This document shows positions 12,276 to 24,679 of a stretch of DNA of 64,000 bases, in pieces. Position numbers and translations under genes: made by a program. The stretch lies in contig OX597814.1 of assembly GCA_951406725.2 (NCBI GenBank), positions 104,656,001-104,720,000 on the forward strand. The letters run 5' to 3'. The notes beneath the pieces were generated by a model that was not told the DNA's origin, ran no database searches, and worked only from the letters and a program-made list of their open reading frames with translations. Origin of the DNA: Octopus vulgaris. Lineage: Eukaryota. Every line of letters begins with the position of its first letter. Position 1 is the stretch's first letter.

Positions 12276-12814
12276 TATAATTTGAAAATAGAATAAAATC
12301 TTCATAAGAAATTATCAAGTAGTTAGCGTGAAAAACCTCATAAGAGAAAAAATCTGTAAATTTTTTCCACTTGAATATATATATTTATATTATATAGAGG
12401 GCATTATTACACATAAATGCCGCACGCTAGGAGGGACTCTTAAAGTCAAAACTACCAAAATAAACATATCGTACCGAATGCAAGTCTCGAAGCAAGTCAT
12501 TTAAAAACAGAATTTAGCTGCAGATCACCAGTGATTTCGTAATCAACGCAGTGACTGCGCCCCTTACTCATCAGTGACAGCGTGATTCAAGATTTATAAT
12601 GAATGAACAAAATCAACATACCAGACGAACAACCATCGTATCCACCGTAGCTTATAGCACTGTTCACCCCTTATACATCTATGTAAAAGGCGGGCTTTTT
12701 CGAATTGCATTTCGTTGACAACGTGCTTATTCGAAATAAAAATTCGGTATCGAACTATTCCGGTGAAATTTATAATTTAAAAAATAGGATAAAATCTTCA
12801 TAAGAAATTATCAA

Positions 12815-12817
<3 letters not shown>
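12276..12817 (-). mobile_element. Terminally redundant ~496-bp non-coding element with a hammerhead ribozyme (retrozyme-like or PLE pLTR)
   Basis: About 46-bp direct repeat at 12276-12321 and 12771-12817; TA-repeat flanks; internal HHR; no ORF. Confidence 0.7.
12510..12588 (-). ncRNA. Type I hammerhead ribozyme with an intact catalytic core
   Basis: Minus strand reads GCTGTCA-CTGATGA-GTAA(gggGCGCAG tca CTGCGTtga)TTAC-GAA-ATCAC tg GTGAT-C-TGCAGC; stems I, II and III all pair; cleavage triplet AUC. Confidence 0.8.
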
Positions 12818-12862
<45 letters not shown>

Positions 12863-12865
<3 letters not shown>

Positions 12866-13469
12866 GAAATATATAACATACGACGGGTAATTCCCGGCTC
12901 ATTACAGCTGTTTCTTACGCATCTTTTTAATAGAAGAATGAGAATATTACTCCATCACAAAAACCGTAACCATCAGATGAAACGAGGCCAACAATGAAAT
13001 GGGAGACTAACAAGCAAAGTTGGCCGTTGTGGTTAAGAATATAGTTCATGAAAGGGCGTAATATGATATCTAAGGTCAGCAACCCGGGTAAGATAGGAGC
13101 CTACTAGGCTGGGGTGGGGTGTAGGTGATATTTCACTATAGTAAGCTCAGAGCAGTGGGATGCTGGGAGAGGGCCTAGGATAAATTAAGGATAAAGAAAA
13201 AATAAAGAAAGCAAAGGTAAGGATGATGAAAAATATTCCATCCGTCTACAAACTATATTCTTCACCTCAACAGCCAACTTTGTTGGTTATTCCCCCATTT
13301 CATAGTTGGCTTCGACAGACTTCAGCCACGCCCATGCTGTATTTTTGGGATATTCTTTTATTTGTAAGACTACGTTTTATCTGATGATTATGGTTTTTGG
13401 TAATGGAGTTATGTTTTCATTCTTCTATTAAAGAGTTAAGTAAGAAACATCGTATGTTATTCATTCATT
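12863..13469. repeat. Diverged fold-back element with long inverted arms
   Basis: 12863-13046 is the reverse complement of about 13251-13469 (e.g. TTTAATAGAAGAATGA / TCATTCTTCTATTAAA); each arm has a block missing from the other. Confidence 0.7.
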
Positions 13470-13844
13470 TGATTATAAAACACCAAGGGGATTTGCGACT
13501 TGTCGGACAACCCAGGGTGTACCAACAATGACCATTTCAATGTAAGGCGTGCTTTGGACCAGTCCTTAAGTGCTAATTACTTATACATTTAATCGCTTCT
13601 CCATTCTGAAATTTCTACCATGCTCGTTAATTCAAAGTTCATATTTTCATTTTCTTTCACGCGCTGGTCCGAAAATATCTGCCACTTCATCGAAGGGTAA
13701 ATAAACTTACACATTGTACGCAGCTGATTATTGTATAGTTTATAATGGGTTCTCTGTCATGTGTTTGTCTTGTTTTTAGTTGGTGAGTCGGGAGGAAGGG
13801 TTAGAACCTATAACTCTTGCGAGTCTTCTGAGACTTGGGCGTTT

Positions 13845-14815
13845 GATGAATTAATTGGTGAGATTGAGGAGATTAATGTTCCGTTTAAAGTGTTGCAAGT
13901 CAACAGCTAGAAGAAAGACATCAACATGAGGGAGATTCTGAAGTATCAAATCTCTGGGGATGCAGGAGTGATTATAGTGCTTCGTATGGAGAAAGTGGAA
14001 ATTGTAGTTGGGTACCCCAAGGGTACTGAGACAAGCAGGATGGGCGTACGATATGCCGCGTACCTCAGCGATGGAGTTACGAGACCACTCAGCTCCATGG
14101 AGTAAGGGCAATTATGGTAGTTACAGTACAGGGAGAGAGAGAGAGAGAAAGAGAGAGAGAGGGTGATGGAACAGTACGCCAGTGGGTCAGAGGCTGGAGT
14201 TGGTACATTAGCGACGGAGTACCAATCATTAGGTACATTTGTGATGGTGTTGCCCTTCTCTGGATGCCATTTTAGTGTGGGCAGCAGCAGCAGCATCCAT
14301 TATGTGACAACATCACTCCATTGTGGGCCTCACCAAGGCTTGTAGAGTGTCAACCGCTGCTGGAGGCCGAGATACCTTCTGCGCCTAAATAGAAGGATTA
14401 TTCTTTGGGATGCGAGCTCAGCTATGCTAATGATACACTTTCACCAAGGGACACTGTCAGAGGTATTGAGGATCAGCTTATAAAGTAATTGTGGGAATCT
14501 AGATGAGTGTCATTAATGATTAGGGGTCGTCTGGTGCAATAGTATTTTATTGATATATATATAATTATTGGGTTTCCTTGTTGGTAAAAGACATAAGAGA
14601 GACACGGGGGCACTGGGCAATTCCTCTCAAGGTCCCTGTTAATGAAATTCATGTAGGTTAGTCGTGTGATGTCTTGGTTAGATGCCGATAATAGAAGGTC
14701 CGGGAACTTGAAGGAGATATGAAGGACCGTATCACCTGCATAAAAGTGAGCGTTGTTGGATGTGGCGTCAAACAGGCCATTGTGTGTATGGAAGAGCGTA
14801 GGGATCACAACAGAA
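13845..14815 (-). mobile_element. 3' fragment of a non-LTR retrotransposon (CR1/L2/Jockey group), decayed
   Basis: Minus-strand peptides across frames: SVVIPTLF, HFYAGDT (YADD-like), LTLYK..VRPTME, IQRRA, LQPLTHWR, YNHSCIPR...DLQHFKRNIN. Confidence 0.8.
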
Positions 14816-15178
14816 CGAGATTCTCACCAGCCACCTCCGGTCTCATGGCGGCAGTTCCATCAGATGATGTCAGTTGGTCATCTTCGAACCGAAGGACGAA
14901 CATTATTATTATTATTATATTAAGTATATTTTACTTTGATTTGTCTCTCTATTATCGCAGTCTTTTTATCCATCTCCATTATCTTAGCGCTCCCTCTCGA
15001 GGCTCTCCTTCGGACATATTTTTGCTCTCTCTTTGTCCCCCACTCTCTCTCTTTTTAATTTCTCCCTTTCATTCTTTCTCATTCTCTTTCTCTCACACAC
15101 GTACACATACACGCTTTTTAATCCCTCTTACATCTTTTCATGAAATTACGTGAAATATAAAGAAAAAAAAGGAGAAAT

Positions 15179-15223
<45 letters not shown>

Positions 15224-16274
15224 GGAGAGGTCGGCGGGGAAAGAAAAGAATGGGGAATAGTAGGAGACGGAAAGAAAGAACAAAGCAAATGAAAGGTGAG
15301 CATTGAAAGACAGAAATGAGACGGAGAAAAGCGAGGACATCGCATGCGCACAGTTAACCCCAACCAGACACACGCGTGGAATTACATTCATATATACATA
15401 ACTTACATTAATACAAACACACACACACACACACACACATACATACACATACATATATTCATACATACATTCATACATACACATACAAACATAATACATG
15501 CATGCATACATACATATATACATACATACATGCATACACACATAATACATGCATACATGCATATATACATACATTCATACATACATACATATATACATAC
15601 ATAAATACATTCTTACATACATACACACATACATACATAACATATATAGAGATAAGCACATGCGAACATAGATATCTAGTCTTACACTCACATATGCATA
15701 TACATACGTAAATGCACATAAACTCACAACCACACACACAGACACACACACTCACACACATACACACTCACAGACATATTTTATGTATATAGGAATGAAT
15801 GTAAGAATAGAGGAAACGACAGCCAGATATAAAGTTATAAATAAGTTGCAACATTTATAATACAATTCTACAGATGTTGTACGTAAATTATTTGTTTATA
15901 TTACACACACCTCATTGCTTATTCCATTATTCCTTTTATTCGTTCTCACCTATATTCTTTGATTCGTTTATTCTATTATATCAGTTGAAATGCCATCCTT
16001 TTTTCCGTGTTTTCGTATTCAATAAAAATCATTTTCAGTGTACAGGTAGACGAGTGTATATTTTGTGTGGCTGTGATTTGTGTATAATTGATCAGATATC
16101 ATCCATAATGCATAGAACCATAGTGAATCCTATGGAGGAATGCCGGGTGGTGTCACTCTCTCTTCTTTATTTTATCGATCTCTTAAGATGAGAAGAAAAG
16201 ATGACTTCGGCAGTTTTTGAACTTAGAATCTAAGTCAACTAAACAATTGAAAGAATTTGACCGACATTCTATCG

Positions 16275-16344
<70 letters not shown>

Positions 16345-16350
16345 TAATAA
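16275..16350. repeat. (TAA)n microsatellite
   Basis: Read directly from the sequence. Confidence 0.97.
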
Positions 16351-17977
16351 TCGACCACAGTGCTAAACTGTTACTTCTTTTATCGAACGCGAAAGGATGA
16401 AAGGCCAAGGTTAACCTCAGCGGAATTTGAACTCAGAACATAAAGAACCAAAAGAATTGCCACTAAGCATTTTTTGCGAGGTCATTCTGCCCTAGAATCG
16501 CCATAAATCGTTTCGGATTTAGGCACATGACGAACAATTTTGGGGGGAGGTGTTTAAACAAGTTCATCGACCTCACTTCTTCATTGGTTCTTTATATTAT
16601 CGACCCCCAGCAAGAACGAAAGGCAAATAATAATGGTTTCATTGTTATTATTTTCTACTCTAGGCACAAAGCCCGGAAATGTTGGGGAGGGGGCCAGAGG
16701 GTTACCTACTTGCAAACAAATGTGGTAACATGTAGCATTATTGACCGAGGTTGCCGTGGTCTTTTCTGTAGGCTTTTCTTTCCACGGATAAACCTTATCT
16801 GCTTCCTCCTTTACACTTTACATCATGACACTGTGATACACGATCCCTATTGATCGTTTCTTTGTTTTTCTTTTCTTCTTTCCCTTTTACGATCCCTTTT
16901 GATCGAAAACCTACCCCACTTTTTTTCTCTCCCCCCAAAAGAAAAGCTCTACTTTGTAATCTGTTCCTGTGTGGCTAATAATAAAACATATCGTTTTAGT
17001 CACTTAACTTCTTTTGTCAAAACTCACCAGGCAATTTAAAAGCTGTTTGCCCTTCCAGGCCAAAAGAACGTGGCGGAAATATTTAGCTGGACCCAATAAA
17101 TACGTTGCAGCAGATCCCCGAAAAAAATCGAGAAATAATTCCTTGATACAGAGCGAAAGTGCTCAGAATGGTTTCGCTATTCGGTATGCTTGTCAGACAG
17201 CACCAGTTCACTGAACTTCTAGAACTAGACAGAGTTTTCTTAACAGGAAATTCTCCTGGGCCGCACTGCAAGGCCGAAGATCCTCTGGTGTGAGTTGGTT
17301 CTCGCCGATGACCACAACTTTCCCACGAATCCTTTATAAAATGCTGACGCGGAATTTTACCGGTTGTATTACCTGATCCGCAGAGGGATGTGAGTCCCTG
17401 ACAAAATTCCAGACACCAGGTGATAAGTTTCCGTTTTACACCGAATTACAGTTGCATGGAAGGGAGATGCATTACAAGGTTAAAAACAATGTTCTCTAAA
17501 ATTGGTACAAAACCTTATATTATTGGCACTGGTTGCAGTGAATTAGACTGAAGTCAGAACATGATTAACGCTTTCTTTTATCAACCCAGAAGCATGGGAG
17601 CCAAAGCGGAACTTCGTGGGAATCGATCTCACAATGTAAGAGATTTATCTAAAATCACACGAGGCATTCAGTCCAATGATCTACTAGTTATATTGTATTT
17701 AAAGCAAAATAGAGCTTTGTATGAATCCAGTCAACCCCAGGACATCGTTAATACTAATTTCATTGATCCCTGGAGTGAACAGTCGGCCTGGATGGGAATC
17801 CCCGGAATGAACAGTCGGCCTGGGTGGGAATCGAAACCAGATTATAAAGAGAAGTAATTAACTACTAATTCTGCCATACAATCCCCCTCGTTATGTTCGA
17901 TATAGTAATCGATCCACCAATTGCATTGTGTTGTTTGTTGTAATCGATCTTTTATCGATATTTTATGTGATTAAACG

Positions 17978-18176
17978 TGGTCAGCTGGCAGATTCGGTAG
18001 CATGCCGGACAAAATGCTAAGTGGAATTTCGTCCGTTTTTTCGTTCTGAGTTCAAATTCCGCCGAGATTCGCGGAGTTAATGAAATAAGCACCAGTTGTA
18101 CAATGGGGTTGATGTAATCAACTTAAACCCCAACCCCACCTCCAAAATTGCTGGTCTTGTGCCAAAATTTGAAATC
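17978..18176 (+). mobile_element. SINE family A, diverged
   Basis: AGCTGGCAGA...GAGTTCAAATTCCGCCGAG...CTTGTGCCAAAATTTGAAA. Confidence 0.75.
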
Positions 18177-18714
18177 AACATTTCATGTGATTCCTAGGTA
18201 CGGCCATAAAAGTATCTGCGCATGCGTACGTGTGTATAAATAATCGCAAATACACACGCACACACACACATTTATGTAGCCTTTTCTCTCTCTCTCTCTC
18301 TCTCTTTTTCGCTTCCCTCCCTCTCTCACTCTCTATACTTCTTCTCCCCTTCCGTCTCACTCTCTCTCCCCTCTCCCCATCCTCTCTACACAGTCTCCCA
18401 CCTCTTCCTCTCTCATTTGCTTAATTATTTCGCTATTTGTGATTGTCTTTATCGTTCTCATCTCTACATTATAAATAAAGTCTATATATTAACACAGGCA
18501 TGGCATTACTGGCTGCACACACACACGTATATACGTCTAGATTCATACACACACACACACACACACACGTGTGTGTGTGTGTCTATACGCTTGAATGTAA
18601 GCGCGCATAATGTCTAGATTGTAGACGTGCATGAAGTGCATAAGGACAGCATCTATCAGACACACACGCACGCAATACGTACACATTATCGATTAGTGCA
18701 CTTAGCGTTACTAA

Positions 18715-18749
<35 letters not shown>

Positions 18750-18840
18750 CATCATAACTGCAACAGGAACTACAACAACAACAACAACAACAACAGCTAC
18801 TACTACTACTCTTACCGCCACCATTATTACTACTATTGCT
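18715..18840. repeat. (TAC)n/(CAA)n compound microsatellite
   Basis: Read directly from the sequence. Confidence 0.92.
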
Positions 18841-19168
18841 ATGCATATAGGCATTGATTAAAACGAAGCAAAAATGTTATCTTTGGCAAATAGAGAGAAG
18901 ATAGAGAGAGAAAGAGAGAGAGAGAGATAGAGAGAGAGAAGGAAAGAGAAGGGGAGAGAAGAAGAGAAAAAGAGAGAGTGGGAGAGAGAGAGAGAACATA
19001 AAAAGATAAAGCGATATGAAGTTGTCGACATTGTCTCGTGGAACCAGTTTCTGACTGCAAGTGTGAAATATTTCTGTGTGTTGCAGATAAAGGCCAATCC
19101 AATTATAATTGTATGGTAAAGTAATCAAACTGCTTTCACACGTTGCTGTTACAATTAATTGTCTCCAA

Positions 19169-19216
<48 letters not shown>

Positions 19217-21408
19217 TATACATATATATATATATATGTATATATATTTTACATATACATTATACATTCACCACTGAATTTGAAACACTGTGGCTGTGAC
19301 ATCTCTGTTGTTATACAGAATGATTCGAGAAACAGCCGTGTGGGTAAAGTCTTGTATTCAATGGTAGCGTCAGTGGTTCGCATTGCATCATAGTACTGTC
19401 AGTTATGAGTCTTGAGATAAATTAGGCCGAAGATTGTCCTGGTTTCTATGGCTTAGATGTGACTGAGGTTAGAGCATTTCCCTTTAACGGGAGTGTCGCA
19501 GGGTTAATTTCGCAGCTGTTGCGGGAACCTATTTACAGCTGAGTGGACTGGGACAACGTGAAGAACCTGCATTGGTCAAGAAAACGACGTACCTCCCGGT
19601 CTGAGAAACGAAACCGCGATTTATGACGAATGCAACACCCCAACTTCTAGGTCAGGCACTTACACGTTGGTTTGAGGACTGAAAAAGATTTTTTCATTCG
19701 GTCTTTCATTTTAGCAAACTGACAACATAAAACACCAGCAATTATTCACTAGGCATTCTACTTTATTTTGATTTCATAAATATTTTGAGTTACCTCCCTT
19801 GTTTTCTTTTGCCAGAGTTAATCTTTCAGTTTATTCCCTTAGTTGTTTCTGTCATTTTCCAAAATTCCTAAACTGGTAAATGCGTGTATTGCACGAGATA
19901 TATCAGATGAAATTAATATGATAAAAGACCATAAAAGGACGCGGTATATTGCGACCCCTGCCCCCCAAAACATTAATATGCGATCAAACGCTAGAAATCT
20001 TCTCTTCTTGCCATAAAACAACAACAAAAATACAAAACAAAACAAAAAGACACCGCTTTGTGCAACAAAAGCAGTATTATCATAGATTAAAATGGTTAAC
20101 ACGAAAACGCAAATTAACTGCATCAATTAATCATTGTTTCACTCTATCTGCAACAGTGGGTTTTGTGTCAGCATGAAATTCTCAGTGGGTGCATGTCACC
20201 AGATGTGATAAGTCTGTTCACCAAAGTCCCAACTGGTGAAGCACTACCGGTGATTCAAGAAAAACTAGTGACAGAGAACCATCTAAAAGAACGCAAGAAG
20301 CTAGATGGAAATGTTGACATTCTGCGTAGAAACTACTTACTTCAGTATGGACACTGACATATATATCGACAAAAGAGGGTTTGGCTATACGTTCGCTATT
20401 ATCACTGATAATAGCTAATATATACATGGAATAGTTTGAGAATTTGGCTTTAGCATCAACACCTCTAAAACCAACCCTATGGCTGCGATATGTTGATGAC
20501 ACCTTCATACTCTGGCCCCACCAGATCGTGCTGTTAGATCATGTGAACTCAATAAAGCCATCCATACAGTTCACAATGGAAAAGAAAAAGACAATCAGCT
20601 GACATTTCTGGACGTATTAATAACACGCACCAAGCTTAGATTCAGGACATCCGTATACCGCAAGCCGACCTTCACTGGACGATACCTTAACTTCAAATCC
20701 CACCGACCATACAGTGTAAAAAAATGGATTGCTCAGTGCTTAAAACATCGAGCAATGAATATAGGTAGAAATCGTAGTACCCACCACGAAGAAATGACCA
20801 AGCTCAGTAACAATCTATTAAGCAGCATCTACCCCAAAACATACTCTCCACTCCAATTATGAAGAAAAGTGAAGATAAAACCGATAAACTGTCCAGTCTG
20901 TCTACCCCTATGTGAAAAGCCTCTCCGAAAAGATAAGAAAGATATGTGGCCCATATGACATCAGGACAGTATTCAAAAGTATTACAACACTTCGCAAATA
21001 TCTCCTTGGAGTAAAACCACCAATAGATGAGAATATGACCAAGAACTGCGTGTACTCTATCCCATGCAGTTGTGGTAGGTTATACAAAGGCGAAACATGC
21101 CGTCCCCTCAAAATAAGGGTAGAAGAACATCGCAAAGCTGTGACATGGGGAGATATTGATAAATTGGGTATAGCTGATCATGTATGGAAAAATGGAGACC
21201 ACCTCCCTCTGTGGGATGAAGTTAAAATAATAGACAGAGAACACCACTGGAAAATACGAAAACTAAAAAAAGCAGCACATATGGTAGGGCACAACAACCT
21301 CCTAAGCAGACCGAGTGCAGATATGAATAGCATATGGGAACCGGTAATAAGGAAGGATAAGAGAATATTAGATTTATAAGCCCTAAAATTCACTTCATAA
21401 TTGCCCAC

Positions 21409-21482
21409 GGACATATGGCGTAGTGCTTAAGAGCGTGGGCTACTAGCCCAAGATTCCGAGTTCGATTCCAGGCAGTTACCTG
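21409..21482 (+). promoter_or_regulatory. tRNA-like Pol III module (A and B boxes) in the PLE 3' region
   Basis: A-box-like TGGCGTAGTGCTTAA, B-box GAGTTCGATTCC, tRNA-like spacing; acceptor stem does not pair. Confidence 0.6.
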
Positions 21483-21553
21483 ATTAAATAATAATAATGA
21501 TAACAACAATAACAACATCGAAAATGAATGAGAAGCTAGGTTCAAAATTTCCC

Positions 21554-21604
21554 TAAGACACCTGATGAAAGTTGGAGAGTATAACGGCCGAAACGTTGTG
21601 TTAA
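21554..21604 (+). ncRNA. Minimal type I hammerhead ribozyme (PLE pLTR type)
   Basis: GACAC-CTGATGA-stem II-GAAAC GT-T-GTGTT; loopless palindromic stem III (ACGT), typical of dimeric PLE HHRs; stem II is weakened. Confidence 0.7.
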
Positions 21605-21758
21605 GAACAAACAAGATGAGCACAAATATCCGTCAATTGTAAATACTGTAAATAATGCACTTGCACGTTATTTTCATTTTCACGAACAGGCTTTTCCGTT
21701 GACCGGATCAACTGGAACCCTGAAAGTCGTAAGCACGGATGCTGACACATAGAGAGAG

Positions 21759-21927
21759 CGCCATTCATGCATAGCGTCCAGAAAAATGGACGCCGGAAAA
21801 ATTACTGTTGCTTGTTTAGTAAACTACGAATTGAGTTTATTTTTGGTATAGTCTGCCTCTAAACTAGTGCTCTGTAAGTGAGTAATTTTTCCTGTGTCCA
21901 TTTTTCTGTGTGCTATGCATTAAGGCG
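21759..21927. mobile_element. MITE-like element
   Basis: About 40-bp inverted arms ATGCATAGC...CAGAAAAATGGAC..GGAAAAATTACT / AGTAATTTTTCC..GTCCATTTTTCTG...GCTATGCAT. Confidence 0.65.
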
Positions 21928-22011
21928 TTAATGGCATCACCTCCCTTTATGTGCCGCAGGCATTGTTATTGCTGGGTCGGGCTTAAATTATTCCGGACTG
22001 CTCATGTTCAG

Positions 22012-22041
22012 CTGCAGCAGCAACAGCATGAGCAAGAGCAG

Positions 22042-22099
<58 letters not shown>

Positions 22100-22225
22100 A
22101 GCAGCAGCAACAGCCGTTCAAGAGTTTGGACCTGGAGATCTCCATTTCCAGCGACTTCGAGGGCCACCTCCCATTGGTGTCGGGCGTCAACGAAGAGCCC
22201 TCGACTACAACAAGACAACCAAAGT
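22012..22225 (+). other. (CAG)n tract followed by a coding-like segment (possible exon or TE fragment)
   Basis: polyQ then PFKSLDLEISISSDFEGHLPLVSGVNEEPS, with mostly G/C third positions; no recognised domain. Confidence 0.25.
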
Positions 22226-22367
22226 ATTTTTCTGCCAGGGTCTGGGGTCTTCCGCTCCTAAGCCCTAGACCATCACCTAATCACCCTTGCCCGTCTTGTT
22301 GCTTAACCACAACAACAACAGCAGCAGCAGCAGGAATTGTAGCAACAGCAGCAGTAGTTACAACTAA

Positions 22368-22535
22368 TATTGGTTTCAAATTGTGGCACAAGGCCAGCAA
22401 TTTCTTCGACGCCAGTCTTCGACTGATACTTATTTTATCGATCCCGAAAGGATGAAAAGCACAGTCGACCTGGCTGGAATTTGAACTCAGACCATAAAAC
22501 CGGACGATATGCCGCTAAGCATTTGGTCCGGCGGA
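22368..22535 (-). mobile_element. SINE family A, diverged
   Basis: CCCGAAAGGATGAAAAGCACAGTCGACC...GGAATTTGAACTCAG. Confidence 0.75.
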
Positions 22536-23183
22536 CTAGTTACACCTTACATTAATATATCGATGTAGTGAAGTGCAAATAGAATTTCGGGTGTCAGTTG
22601 CTCTGGCTCAGAGCACTTAGGGTTCAAACTCCGCAGGGGCTAACGCCAGCCTTCCTTCCTTCGATGTCACTAAATAATGTACCAGTCAAGTCGTGGGGTT
22701 TTCTTGATCATTTCAAGCCCTTTCTCCCAATTATCTGTCTGAAGGGATTAAGGAGAGATGGTTCCAAATGGTGACCCTCACCACAAATCCTTTTGTCGTC
22801 AAAATACAGGAAGACAGCTAGTGGCAGCAGCGGCAGCAGTAATTGTAGTGGTTGTAGCAGCTGTAGCAGCAGCAGTAACAGTGACAGCAGCCGTATTTGT
22901 AATGGTAGTAGTAGTAGTAGTAGTAGTAGTAGTAATGCTGGTAGATGTAGTAGCAGTACTCAGATTGTAAAAACGAGTTTACATCTGTGTATACGTGTGT
23001 ATATGTGTGTGTGTGTGTGTATGTGTGTGTATGTATGTATGTATTTTTGTATGGATTTTGTATGTATGTATGCATATATGTGTGTGTATGTATGTATTTT
23101 GTATGTATGTATTTATGTGTGTGTATGTATGTACGTATTTTTGTATGTATGTATTTTGTATGTATGTATCTATGTATGTATGT

Positions 23184-23219
<36 letters not shown>

Positions 23220-23345
23220 CACGTGTAATGGCAGTGTTGGTGTTGCGTTCATTGAGAAATTGCCTTAAAGTACTCCAGACTGATTTCATCATCTAATCTC
23301 GTATCATTGCTTCAATAATTAATTTCGTTTAAAAGAACAGCATCT

Positions 23346-23383
<38 letters not shown>

Positions 23384-23954
23384 TGCGAGTGTGTATGTGT
23401 GTGCGCGCGGGCGAGCGTGCTTACGCGTGTGTATGTGTGTGCGAATATGCGTACGACTGTGTGCGTGTGTGTACGTGCGTGCCGGCATTCACTCGCCAAT
23501 GTAATTGTGTATGTTCATCGGTGCATCGGCGCGCATCTGTGCGCACGTGTGCACACGTATGTGTTCGCATGTATGTGTTTGTCTCTGTATGCGTGCCTGT
23601 GTGTGCATACTAGAGTATGAGTGTGTGCGTCGTGTGTGTCTGTGTGTATTTGTGTGTGATTTTTGCGTGTGTTGGAATGTGTTGCTGAGTCTCTGTGTCT
23701 GCATGCGTGTGTCTGTGTAGGCATGTGTGAGTGTGTTTGCGTTTGTGTGTGTGTATAGGTGTGCGTGTGTGCGCGTGTGTGTTTGTGTGTGAGGGATTTG
23801 TATTATTGTTGGCGTGTGCATACATTTAATTTCCGAAATGGGTAAAAGATAACCATGGCAGCAGCTATTTCTTTAATCCATTTATGTAAAGGTTTTTAAT
23901 CTGCAATATCAAAAATATGTTTCAATTTCTCGCTTTAAAAAAAAAAAGAAATAA

Positions 23955-24082
23955 ATAGAAGAAAAAGAAGAAAAAGGAGAAGAAGAAGAAGAAGAAGAAG
24001 AAGAAGAAGAAGAAGAAGAAGAAGAAGAAGAAGAAGAAGAAGAAGAAGAAGAAGAAGAAGAAGAAGAAGAAAAGAAGAAGAA
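23955..24082. repeat. (GAA)n microsatellite
   Basis: Read directly from the sequence. Confidence 0.97.
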
Positions 24083-24679
24083 AATAGATAAAAGGACAAC
24101 AAAAAATAAGGAATAGAAGAAAAATTAAGAGGGGGAGAAGAGGCGGCGCGGGAGGACGAGTGAAAGAGAGAAAAAGAGATGGAATGAAAGAGGGAGAGGG
24201 GGAAAGACTGGGATTGTATGTGTATGTAAATGAGAGAGAGAGAGAGAGAGAGAGGGGAGAGATAGAAGGCACTGATAAATTTGTTTATTTTAGATCAAAA
24301 CAACTTTGGAATAATGGATTCCTGTGATTAAGAATGTAGCTGTAGACTTAGAAGACATCTGCTGTTGTGGTGCTCATGCTTTTCCCATATAGAACACAGA
24401 CGTCTTAAAGTGTTACTGTACTTCAAAGATGCTGCAGTATTGAAGCGCAACAGTTTTCCTGGAGTTACTGGTGCTGGTTTGGGACCAGATTCACCCTGAT
24501 TGAGCTGATCACCCCAACTATTTTCCTGGATATATACACATACGTATATACGCAAACAAGAGTAAAAAGACACCCCATAAAACATCGTTTTATGTTTATT
24601 CTAACTTGTGAAGGTTTAATTTTTTTTATTAATTGACATTTTTATATTTCAGCTTCTATATGTGACTGTTTAATCAGGC

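Larger units (their letters stand above)
20198..21658 (+). mobile_element. 5'-truncated Penelope-like element (Penelope/Poseidon-like) with its 3' pLTR
   Basis: RT: DVISLFTKVP, IIANIYME, WLRYVDDTF, FLDVLI, VYRKPTFTGRYLNF; GIY-YIG: CVYSIPCSCGRLYKGETCRPLKIRVEEH (ORF 20912-21379); 3' UTR with HHR; stops and frameshifts. Confidence 0.92.

Noticed and set aside
16700-17476. LTR-like unique sequence ending in TTACA
   Set aside because: No matching left end or TSD could be found, so boundaries are unsupported.
21409-21482. Functional tRNA gene (also considered for the SINE heads)
   Set aside because: The acceptor stem does not pair, there is no oligo-T terminator, and it is embedded in a repeat.
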